A stretch of DNA of 64,000 nucleotides from Vulcanimicrobiota bacterium. Lineage in GTDB: Bacteria; Vulcanimicrobiota; Vulcanimicrobiia; Vulcanimicrobiales; Vulcanimicrobiaceae. A program made the translations under genes and the position numbers. The DNA lies in the NCBI GenBank assembly GCA_963820825.1, contig CAWGBN010000005.1, positions 64,001 through 128,000 on the forward strand, written 5' to 3'. The first letter of the stretch is position 1, and every line of letters starts with the position of its first letter. This document shows, piece by piece, positions 17,980 through 29,437 of the stretch. Under the pieces are notes generated by a model. It was given only the letters and a program-made list of their open reading frames with translations. It was not told where the DNA came from and ran no database searches.

Positions 17980-19011
17980 TCACCCTGCCCCCACGATGAA
18001 ACGGCCGGCGTGCGGAAGCTTCTCGATGATCGCAAGATCGAGACCGAGATTATCGGCGAGCAGCCGGCGCGGATTCGATGCGAGCCACGTCGAGATCGAG
18101 ATCTCTTGATAGTCGGGGCTGTTGAATGCGACGAGGATCTCCGTCTCCTCGTTGCCGATCTGGCGGATGTAATGGCCGAATCCGCGATTGATAAAGGCCA
18201 CGTCGCCGGCTGCGAACTCATCTTGCCGATACTTTCCATTCGCGCCGAAGATGCCGATCTCCGAACGGCCTTTGATGTAGTACTGCCATTCGTCGGCATT
18301 GGGATGCCAGTGCAGCTCGCGCAAGCCGCCCGGCTTGAGCGTGAGGAGCACGCCGGTGATCGTTGACGAGATCGGAAACTGTTTCTGCGAGACGAGCCGT
18401 TCGGTGCCGCCGTCGAAGCTCATCAACGGCGCCGCGCCGAGGCGGAACTTGTGATTGAGTTGGCTCGGTTGGAGTTGCGCGTTCATCGCGGCCGGCGGAG
18501 CGTCCGGCGGCACCTCGCCCTGCACGATGTAAACCTCATCCTTGGGAAGTCGCGCGAGCGCCTCAGGGGGCAGGCTGAGATTCTGTGCGAGCACGTCGGG
18601 CGGAGTACGCGCCATCCAATCGGTGATGCTGAAGGTTCCGAACTCCGAAAACTGTCCGTTGTCGAAGACGAGCAAGAAGTGGCATTCGCTCGGACCGAGC
18701 CCCTGGATCGAATGTCCGTGTCCTTTCGGAAAGTACCAGACGTCGCCGGGCCCGAAATCGGAGATCTCGGCGTCACCCGAGGGTGCGATCACGGTGACGC
18801 GGCAGCGCCCCGAGATCACGTAGGCCCACTCCGCGGCGATCGCGTGCCAATGGAGCTCGCGCAGCGCCCCGGGTTGCAAGCGCATCGAGACCGCGGCAAA
18901 GCTCTGCGAGACCGGAAACTCGTTGACGGTATGCTGACGCGCCGATCCGGCGGCGCCGCTCCAGCCTTTGGCCGCTTCCAGATCGAACTTAAAGTTCGGC
19001 AGATCGCTCAT
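17980..19011 (-). CDS. Oxalate decarboxylase-family bicupin
   Basis: Two RELHWH...EW cupin motifs; lid segment FSEFGTF retains the Glu. Confidence 0.88.
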   Translation of the reverse strand: MSDLPNFKFDLEAAKGWSGAAGSARQHTVNEFPVSQSFAAVSMRLQPGALRELHWHAIAAEWAYVISGRCRVTVIAPSGDAEISDFGPGDVWYFPKGHGHSIQGLGPSECHFLLVFDNGQFSEFGTFSITDWMARTPPDVLAQNLSLPPEALARLPKDEVYIVQGEVPPDAPPAAMNAQLQPSQLNHKFRLGAAPLMSFDGGTERLVSQKQFPISSTITGVLLTLKPGGLRELHWHPNADEWQYYIKGRSEIGIFGANGKYRQDEFAAGDVAFINRGFGHYIRQIGNEETEILVAFNSPDYQEISISTWLASNPRRLLADNLGLDLAIIEKLPHAGRFIVGAG

Positions 19012-19433
19012 GCCGGCTGCTCCTCCGCGGCGCGCGCGAGGTCGTCGAGAACGGGGACGAAGTGCTTGGCCATCTCGTTGCCCATCATTGCGGCGAAGAG
19101 CGATCCGAGCGCTCCCGCAAAGGCGACGCGCTGAGCGATGCTGCTTCCCGCGCCCTCCGGTAGGATCTCGCAAGTGAACGTAAACCGCGTCAGCGGCGGC
19201 CCCGCCATCGACATGCTGAAGCCTCGGCCCACGACGACGTCGTGAAACGTTACGGCGTGCGCCGTCCCGCGATCGGTCGTCATCCGTCCGGTACTGCCGT
19301 TCTCGACCGGCCCGGAGACCTCTGCAGCGCGGATCCCGGAGTTCCACTTGCTCCAGTTATTCGGATCCGACCAGATACGCCGGACCGTAGCCGGCGATGC
19401 AGTCGTAGCGCGCGAGACACCGTACGTCCTCAT
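19008..19433 (-). CDS. SRPBCC/polyketide cyclase family protein
   Basis: ASPATVRRIWSDPNNWSKWN and C-terminal LDDLARAAE; AGGAGGG RBS. Confidence 0.8.
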   Translation of the reverse strand: MRTYGVSRATTASPATVRRIWSDPNNWSKWNSGIRAAEVSGPVENGSTGRMTTDRGTAHAVTFHDVVVGRGFSMSMAGPPLTRFTFTCEILPEGAGSSIAQRVAFAGALGSLFAAMMGNEMAKHFVPVLDDLARAAEEQPA

Positions 19434-19474
19434 CGATACCCTCCTAACGTCGCCGTCGGCTTTCGGCAGCATAC

Positions 19475-19507
19475 GAAAGAAGCCCACCGCAATACGCGAT
19501 GGGCTTC
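19475..19507 (-). terminator. Intrinsic terminator of the rRNA operon
   Basis: Minus strand GAAGCCCATCGC...GCGGTGGGCTTC hairpin followed by TTTC, just past 5S. Confidence 0.75.
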
Positions 19508-19517
19508 CGGAGAATAA

Positions 19518-19633
19518 TCTGGCACCGACCTACTTTCGAGGGACCCTGCGGTCCGACTATCATCGGCGCTGGCGGGCTTAACTGCCGTGTTCGGGATGGG
19601 AACGGGTGGGACCCCGCCGCCATGGACGCCAGA
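19518..19633 (-). rRNA. rrf: 5S rRNA
   Basis: Reverse complement contains CCCGTTCCCATCCCGAACACGGCAGTTAAG and GAAAGTAGGTCGGTGCCAG. Confidence 0.97.
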
Positions 19634-20031
19634 AACCTTGGTCCGCCGCGGATCGTCGCGATGGCGAGCCGGAGCTCTAGCCGATCGCGCCGGGAAGCTT
19701 TAAAGCTGTACAGAGAAGAACTTCCAAGTGCCGCGACGAGCGGTGCGTTAGTTTAATCAAAATTTCCGAGCGATTAGTACCGGTCAGCTCCACACCTTAC
19801 GATGCTTCTACCTCCGGCCTATCAACGTGGTAGTCTACCACGACTCTTCACCCTTACGGGATTGAGATCTCATCTTGGAGTCAGTTTCACGCTTATATGC
19901 TTTCAGCGTTTATCTGATCCGAACGTAGCTACCCGGCTATGCTCCTGGCGGAACAACCGGTTCACCAGAGGTTCGTTCGACCCGGTCCTCTCGTACTAGG
20001 GTCCAATCTCCTCAAATCTCCTACGCCCACA

Positions 20032-20072
<41 letters not shown>

Positions 20073-20080
20073 ATCGCGTA

Positions 20081-20116
<36 letters not shown>

Positions 20117-20141
20117 AACTACAGCCCCAGGATGCGACGAT

Positions 20142-20176
<35 letters not shown>

Positions 20177-20177
20177 G

Positions 20178-20988
20178 CGTTCTGCAATCACTTGCAGCGC
20201 AGACTATACCTTCATCTCTTTCGAGATGGTGGCGTGTTATGGACGCGATAGATTTGCGCGCTAGCGTGCAGCACGTCCATCTCTCGTGGTAACGAGAAGT
20301 CGTTACAGGGAGAGCTTGTATAGCATACTCGGTAAGAGTGTGGCGTCGAACGAGTTGGGTCAGACGATCCATGCTCGCTGCGCTGCAGCGGAGCCGTGGA
20401 TGAGACTTGTCTCGATTGACGGTCATCACGATGCCGAACTTAGCTCGTATGAGACGAACGAGTTCTCTCAGCCTCTTCGGCTGAGAAGCTCTGCGTATTT
20501 ATCCGCAACTGCTTGCCTTCAGCTGCGCCGTCATCCATGATCCACACCGCCAGACCGAAGTCCGTCAAGCTACGTTCCAGTAGTTTGATCGGAACGACCT
20601 TTACGTCTGTCGGCATAGAACTGCTCGCGTAGCACCGCGAACTTAGGATGCGTTACGGTCCGAAAATAGTATCCATTTCCGGACATCCGCGGCGCCGTTC
20701 GCACGTAAGGTGCGAGCTCGGCGTACTTCCAATCCACGAGGTCTTGCTGCCGGGTACCGTGGTGGACCCGAAAACAATATCCCGACGTGGTTTTCAGTAA
20801 CGTCGCGTCACCGAGCAATGAGCCGATCATCAATTCCCACTCACGGGAACTGAACGGTGTTGCTCGTGCACGACGGCCAAATAACGTCTCTACGACAAAC
20901 TCTCTTCCCTCGGTATTGCCCTCCGCAAGGGTTTCACCGATATGAGCCACTGTTCATCATCCGATCGCTCGAATGAGGAGCCCAAATG
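20178..20988 (-). ncRNA. Group I intron (IA-like, with P7.1/P7.2) at 23S position equivalent to E. coli 2473
   Basis: Removing it rejoins CCCCCAAGAGU|CCACAUCGACGG. The 5' exon ends in U and the intron ends in G. P1, P2, P3, P4/P5, P7, P8, P9 and P10 pairings are visible. Confidence 0.93.
20303..20950 (-). pseudogene. Intron-encoded double-motif LAGLIDADG homing endonuclease, three +1 frameshifts
   Basis: Motif 1 MIGSLLGDA, motif 2 GLAVWIMDDG, NTQSFS and C-terminal PSMLYKL*, recovered by removing one base near 20601, 20466 and 20334. Confidence 0.85.
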
Positions 20989-21024
<36 letters not shown>

Positions 21025-21038
21025 GCTTTTATCCGATA

Positions 21039-21074
<36 letters not shown>

Positions 21075-21164
21075 TAGCCCTGCTTTCGCACCTGCTCGAC
21101 CTGTCCGTCTCGCAGTCAAGCTCCCTTATGCCTATGCACTCTGTACGAACGGTTTCTGACCGTC

Positions 21165-21232
<68 letters not shown>

Positions 21233-21490
21233 ACCATGTCCTACCACCGGATTATGGCGGCTAGTTAGAATCCCAAGATTATCAGGGTGGTATCCCAACG
21301 TTGCCTCCCCGACGACTAGCGCCGCCGGATCATCGGCTCCCACCTATCCTGTACAGACAATCTCAGAACCCAAGATCAGGATACAGTAAAGCTTCACGGG
21401 GTCTTTCCGTCCTGCTGCGGGTAACCAGCATCTTCACTGGTACTGCAATTTCGCCGAGTTCCCCATTGAGACAGTGTCCAAGTCGTTACT

Positions 21491-21542
<52 letters not shown>

Positions 21543-22047
21543 GGTTATAGTTACCGCCGCCGTTTACTGGGGCTTCAGTTCAAAGCTTCGCTTGCGCTAA
21601 CCACTCCCTTTAACCTTCCAGCACCGGGCAGGAGTCAGCCCCTATACGTCCGCTTTCGCGTTCGCAGAGACCTGTGTTTTTGTTAAACAGTCGCTTGGAC
21701 CTATTTTGTGCCGCCTCCCTCAGCTTTCGTGCGTAAAGACTAGACCAAAGGAGGCACCCCTTCTCCCTAAGTTACGGGGTCAATTTGCCGAGTTCCTTAA
21801 CAGGGATTCTCTCGTCGCCTTAGCATGCTCTGCCAGTCTACCTGTGTCGGTGTACGGTACGGGCACCTACGATCCTACCTAGGGGCTTTTCTTGGCAGCG
21901 TGGAGTCAGTCACTTCGGCTCCGAAGAGCCTCGCATTCGCTTCTCGGCGTTACGTGTTGCGGATTTACCTACAACACCGCCTACCAGCTTAGACGCGCAC
22001 ATCCATCGGCGCGCTGACCTATCCTCCTGCGTCACCCCATCGGCTCA

Positions 22048-22223
22048 TAGACTTTGATAGACGATATCAGACGTCGCGGGTCTTTTCGTCGATCGCGTTC
22101 GTCGCGCTCAGTTACGATCCGTAGATCGCTCCTTCGGCGCTCCTAGCGCTCGAGCAAAAATCCCTCGCGAGGAGCGTCTTGCGAGGGCGATTCACGACAT
22201 CTGACACTGTCTGGCAAAGTCTA
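22048..22223 (-). other. 176-nt stem-loop insertion in 23S domain III (H54/H55 region)
   Basis: Flanks match normal 23S. Ends form an ~31-nt imperfect inverted repeat (TAGACTTTG...CAAAGTCTA), with an internal hairpin CCCTCGCGAGGA-GCG-TCTTGCGAGGG. Confidence 0.85.
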
Positions 22224-23154
22224 AACGGTCGTCGGTGGTAGCAGAATATGAACTGCTTGTGCATCGCCTACGCTTCTCAGCCTCGGCTTAGCTCCCGACT
22301 CACCCTGAGACGATTGACGTTGCTCAGGAAACCTTAGACTTCCGGCGTGCGGGGTTCTCACCCGCATTTATCGCTACTTATACCTGCATTCGCACTTGTG
22401 GTTCGTCCACACGTCCTTACGGTCGTGCTTCAGCCTACGCCACAACGCTCCCCTACCGATTATTTTAGTAATCCCAAAGCTTCGGTTCGATGCTTGAGCC
22501 CCGTTACATTTTCGGCGCCCCATCACTCGACTAGTGAGCTATTACGCACTCTTTCAAGGGTGGCTGCTTCTAAGCCAACCTCCTAGTTGTCTGAGCGACA
22601 AGACTTCCTTTACCACTGAGCATCGATTAGGGACCTTAGCTGTTGATCTGGGCTGTTTCCCTTTTGACCATGGAGCTTATCCCCCACAGTCTGACTGCTA
22701 TGCGGTTCGCCGCGGTATTCGGAGTTTGATTGGGTTCGGTAGTCCGGTAAGACCCCTAGCCCTGTCAGTGCTCTACCCCCGCGGGTTAACACATAACGCT
22801 AGTCCTAAAACTATTTCGGGGAGAACCAGCTATCTCCGAGTTCGATTGGCTTTTCACCCCTATCCACAGCTCATCCAATGTTTTTTCAACAACAACAGGT
22901 TCGGGCCTCCACGTGAGTTTAATCACGCTTCACCCTGGCTCATGGATAGATCACTCGGTTTCGGGTCTACTGCAACGGACAAACGCCCTATTCAGACTCG
23001 CTTTCGCTACGGCTCCGGCTCAACACCTTAACCAAGCCCGTTACAAGTAACTCGCAGGTTCATTCTTCAATAGGCACGCGATCAGCCTTGCTTGCGCATG
23101 GGCCTTTCACGGTTTGTAGGCATGCGGTTTCATGTTCTATTTCACTCCCCTCCC

Positions 23155-23188
<34 letters not shown>

Positions 23189-23727
23189 ACGCTATCGGTT
23201 TCCACAGAATATTTAGCCTTGGAAGATGGTCCTCCCAGTTTCAGACAGGGTTTCCCGTGCCCCGCCCTACTCACGAACAGCTCCGCGAGATCGATTGCTT
23301 TTGTCTACAGGACTTTCACCTTCTATGGTGCGGCTTTCCAGCCGGCTTCTACTAGCGATCGATTTTCTTACTCGCGCTCGGAGATTCAGCTCCGAGACGG
23401 CTGTCGTACAACCCCGCTCATGCAACGCCCGAATGCTTGCACACGAACGGTTTAGGCTGTTCCCAGTTCGCTCGCCACTACTACGGGAATCTCGGTTGAT
23501 GTCTTTTCCTCCGGCTACTTAGATGTTTCAGTTCACCGGGTACGCTCACTCGCGACTATTGAATTCATCGCGGTGTCCATGCCCATGACGGCATGGGGGT
23601 TGCCCCATTCGGATATCGCCGGATCATCGCTTCTTAGCAGCTCCCCGACGCTTTTCGCAGCTTGGCACGTCCTTCATCGCCTGTGGAACCAAGGTATCCA
23701 CCTGCATGCCCTTATTTCATTTTGACT

Positions 23728-25661
<1,934 letters not shown>

Positions 25662-25851
25662 AAACTTTATGGAGCCTTGATAGATGGCTCTCAAAATTCG
25701 CATTTGCTACTGAATGATCGATTGCGAACTCGATCTCGCGCCTCGAAGGCGCTAGCAGAATTGTACGTTCTCGCGATTCTCAAAAGACATTGCCAGATTT
25801 GACCTTGTCTTAGAGGTCGGAGACCCACAGACTTATGCGCTGCTGCACTGT

Positions 25852-25867
25852 TCAGTTTTCAAGGAGC
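25852..25867 (-). promoter_or_regulatory. rrn leader boxA antitermination element
   Basis: GCTCCTTGAAAACTGA on the minus strand, repeated in the spacer. Confidence 0.7.
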
Positions 25868-25945
25868 GAACCCAAAGCCGCCGAGGCGTCTTCGACGCGG
25901 ATCTTACCGACCGCGTTTGGCGCCCGGCGGCTAGAGTCACGACGG

Positions 25946-25974
25946 CTATCATATCGCCGCCCTAGGCGTGTCAA
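25946..25974 (-). promoter_or_regulatory. Candidate rrn promoter
   Basis: Perfect TTGACA (25969-25974) followed by TATGAT at 15 bp or TGATAG at 17 bp spacing. Confidence 0.55.
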
Positions 25975-26134
25975 GGAAAGCCCGGACGTCAGAGCGGCCG
26001 CTCGAGGCGGCCGATGTCCCGGCCCTATCAAATAGTAGAACGACGCGACCGGCCAATTGGTTTCACCCAGCAGCCGATTTCCGGCCGGTCCGCTCGCAAA
26101 CGCCCGGTCGCTCGGCGGCCCAGAGAGGTTTTCG

Positions 26135-26518
26135 ATGCTTTTTGACCACGTCGACCTGCGGGTCAGCGACCTCGTCAAGACCCGAGGTCTTTACGACGCG
26201 CTGCTCCCAGCCATGGGCTTCTCCCGGCTCGGAGAGGACGCCGAGTCGATTTGCTACTATCGCCCCGGCGACGACCGGGCTGCGCCCTTCTTCGCCATCG
26301 ATGCGGATCCGGGACATCGGCCCAACGGCTCCCGGATCGCGCTGCGGGCCGCGGACCGGGCCGAGGTCGATCGCCTCGCCGAGATCGCGCACGCAGCCGG
26401 GGCGACTGCCTTCGAAGCGCCCCACGTGTGCGAGGAGTACACGCCGTTCTACTACGCGGTCTTCTTCGAGGACGCCGACGGCAACAAACTCGAGATCTGC
26501 TATCGTGAGATGCCGTAG
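26135..26518 (+). CDS. VOC/glyoxalase family protein
   Basis: FDHVDLRVSD...YYAVFFEDADGNKLEI; GAGAGG RBS. Confidence 0.88.
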   Translation: MLFDHVDLRVSDLVKTRGLYDALLPAMGFSRLGEDAESICYYRPGDDRAAPFFAIDADPGHRPNGSRIALRAADRAEVDRLAEIAHAAGATAFEAPHVCEEYTPFYYAVFFEDADGNKLEICYREMP

Positions 26519-26542
26519 CGGGCTCCGAAGGACCCGTTACGG

Positions 26543-28136
26543 CTACACCTTGCGCGAGATCGTCTTGGCCTGCATGAAGAGCAGCAGGTAGTCGCGGCCG
26601 CCGGCCTTGCTGTCGGTGCCCGACATGTTGAAGCCGCCGAACGGGATGGGCGCCGACCATCGCGCCGGTGCTCTTTCGGTTGAAGTAGAGGTTGCCGACG
26701 AAGAACTCGTCGCGCGCCCGCGCGATCTTCTTCTCGTCGCTGGTGTAGAGCGAGCCGGTCAGACCCGAACTCGGTGTTGTTCGCGATGGCGCAGCGCGTC
26801 GTCGAAGTCCTTCGCCTTGATCACCGCCAGCACCGGACCGAAGATCTCCTCCTGCGCGATCGTCGCGTCGGGCGCGACGTCGGCGATGACCGTCGGCTCC
26901 AGGAAGTAGCCGCGTCTCGCCGACGCGCTTGCCGCCGGCGATCAAACGTCCCTCGCTCTGACCGCGTTCTCGATGTAGCGCATGATCGACTTGCAGCGCG
27001 CCTTCGTTGACGACCGGACCCATGAAGTTCCTCGGATCGCGCGGATCGCCGACCGTGATCGTGTCGACGCGCCGGCGCAGCTTCTCCACGAACTCGTCGT
27101 AGACGCTGCTCGTCGACGATCGCACGCGAACACGCCGAGCACTTCTGCCCTTGGAAGCCGAAGGCCGAGACGGCGACGCCTTCGACGGCCGCGTCGACGT
27201 CGGCGTCGGCCGCGACGATGATCGAGTCCTTACCGCCCATCTCGGCGACGACGCGCTTGATCCACTTCTGCCCCGGTCTGCGGCTTCGCGGCCAGCTCGT
27301 TGATGCGCAAGCCGACCTCTTTCGAACCGGTGAACGAAATGAAGCGGATCTAGCGGATGCGAAACGATCAGATCGCCGATCTCGCTGCCCGATCCCGGGA
27401 ATGAAGTTCACGACGCCCGGCGGAACGCCGACCTCGGCGAGCAAATCGACGAACCACGCCGCAATGATCGCCGCATCGCTCGACGGCTTGAGCACGACGG
27501 TGTTGCCGGTAGACGATCGCCGCCGCCGTCATGCCGGCCATGATCGCGCCGGCGAAGTTCCACGGCGGAATTACGGCGCCGACGCCGAGCGGAATGTAGA
27601 TCATTTCGTTGCGCTCGCCCTCGAGCGGCACGACGGGCTGCGGCCGCGCGTAGCGCAGCGCTTCGCGCGCGTAGAACTCGAGGAAGTCGATCGCCTCGGC
27701 GATGTCGCCGTCGGCTTCGGGCCAGCTCTTGCCGACTTCGTAGACCAAGCAGCGCGTCGTACTCGAAGCGCCGTTCGCGCAGCAGCGCCGCCGCCTTAAA
27801 AAGGTAGGCGGCGCGCTCCGCGGAGGCGTGCGCTTCGCCAGGACTCGAAGGCGCGGGCCGCCGCCTCGATCGCCTCGGCGGCTTGCTCCTTCGAGGCGGC
27901 GCTCGTGAGCCCGACGACCTCGGTCGGATCGGCCGGGTTGAGCGACCGGATCTTCCTCTCCGTTTCGATCTTGCTTGCCGTCGATCACGAGCGGATAGTG
28001 CTTGCCGAGCGCGGCGCGCTTACCGCGCAAGCGCCGCCCTCATGGCGGCGGCATCGGCCGGATCGCGAAAATCCTTGACCTTCTCGTTGGAGAAGGGCGG
28101 CACGTCGAGGGTCGGCTTCGTCGCTGGGGTCGTCAT
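26543..28136 (-). pseudogene. pruA: Delta-1-pyrroline-5-carboxylate dehydrogenase (RocA/PruA type) broken by many indels
   Basis: Fragments PFSNE, EAIDFLEFYA, IPPWNF, EMGGKD, FQGQKCSACSR, EEIFGP and [16 protein letters not shown] lie in shifting frames. Confidence 0.85.
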
Positions 28137-28176
28137 GTCGCTATACTACCAGCCTGTCCAAGCCGCGCCTCCCTCC

Positions 28177-28220
28177 GTCCTTCGACTTCGCTCCCTACGG
28201 TCGCTACGCTCAGGATGACA
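28177..28220. repeat. REP-like palindromic element
   Basis: Minus strand TGTCATCCTGAGCGTAGCGACCGTAGGGAGCGAAGTCGAAGGAC resembles the GTCATCCTGAGCG...CGAAGGA class of extragenic repeats; single copy in this window. Confidence 0.5.
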
Positions 28221-28269
28221 CGCTGCCGCGAGAGCGGGGGCTGCTTGCTATGCCGAGAAATGCCCACGC

Positions 28270-28611
28270 ATGACGCAGCTCCTCGCAGTTGCTATTGCGG
28301 CATTCTTTCTTGGGGTCGGCATGGCCGGCGAACCGTTCGCGCCGCTGCACGCATTGCTGGCTATCGCAATCCTGCTGCTCATCGCAACGGCCCTCGGCCG
28401 CCGGCACACGCCATTGATCGTCTTCCTCTTTGGCTTGGCCGGCGTTCTATTGACCTGCTATCTCCAACACGGCGAGATCTATCCCGGCACGGGCATCGTC
28501 GGGATCGGTCTCGGCGGCCTTGCCGCCTCGTCGTTGGGACGCCGCACCGCGCCGGCCGTCGTCGCGGTGTTGGGGACGCTCGTCGGAACGAGTCTCTACT
28601 TTCTCTTATAG
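28270..28611 (+). CDS. Small integral membrane hypothetical protein
   Basis: 113 aa, almost entirely hydrophobic helices. Confidence 0.7.
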   Translation: MTQLLAVAIAAFFLGVGMAGEPFAPLHALLAIAILLLIATALGRRHTPLIVFLFGLAGVLLTCYLQHGEIYPGTGIVGIGLGGLAASSLGRRTAPAVVAVLGTLVGTSLYFLL

Positions 28612-29418
28612 TTGAGCGGTGACCGGATTGCGCGCACCTCGCCGGAGCGCCGCGATCAGCGAGCGCGGGTCATCGCTCTGCATCAGCGCCTCTCCCACGA
28701 GAAAGCCGCGAGCGCCGGAGGCGCGAAGGCGCGCGACGTCCGAAGCGTCACGCATTCCGCTCTCGCTGATCGCAAAGACCCCTGATGGGACTTTCGGAAG
28801 CAGATGTTCGCTCACGGCGAGATCGGTCTGCAGGGTCCGAAGATTCCGGTTGTTGATTCCGACGAGCCGCGCACCGGCAGCGACCGCGCGCCGCAGTTCT
28901 TCCTCATCGTGTGCCTCGGCGAGCACGTCGAGCGCGTACGCGGCAGCCTCGTCGATCGTCTCGCGCAACGCACCGTCGTCCATCCCTCCGACGATCAGCA
29001 GCACGCAGTCGGCACCGTACGCGGCGGATTGCGCGATCTGATAGCGCGTCCACATGAAATCCTTGCGCAGCAGCGGGCGCGACGTGACCGCGCGTACCTC
29101 ATGGAGATAGGCTAGCTCGCCGAGAAAATGGTCTCGCTCCGTGATCACGCTAATCGCGTCGGCACCCGCGGCGTCGTACGCGCGCGCGATCGCTACGGGA
29201 TCGAAGCTGCGCGCGATCAATCCGCTCGACGGCGAGGCGCGCTTGATCTCCGCGACGATCGCGCCCCCCGGCGCCCGTTGAAGAGCCGCGAGAAAGCCGC
29301 GGCGCTCTGCCACCCGCTCGAGCGCGCGAGCCTGCAGCGCGGCGTAGGGTTCGCGCGCCTGCTCCTGCTCCAGAGCCGCGGCCTTTGCAGCAAAGATCTT
29401 CTGCAGGGTATCGATCAC
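28606..29418 (-). CDS. trpC: Indole-3-glycerol phosphate synthase
   Basis: AEIKRASPS, LRKDF, GINNRNL, SESG and GFLVGEALM motifs. Confidence 0.96.
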   Translation of the reverse strand: MIDTLQKIFAAKAAALEQEQAREPYAALQARALERVAERRGFLAALQRAPGGAIVAEIKRASPSSGLIARSFDPVAIARAYDAAGADAISVITERDHFLGELAYLHEVRAVTSRPLLRKDFMWTRYQIAQSAAYGADCVLLIVGGMDDGALRETIDEAAAYALDVLAEAHDEEELRRAVAAGARLVGINNRNLRTLQTDLAVSEHLLPKVPSGVFAISESGMRDASDVARLRASGARGFLVGEALMQSDDPRSLIAALRRGARNPVTAQL

Positions 29419-29437
29419 GTTACCGCAGCGATTCGTA

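Noticed and set aside
22048..22223. Second self-splicing intron or MITE
   Set aside because: No group I core elements, no ORF and no target-site duplication; better explained as an rRNA expansion segment or IVS.
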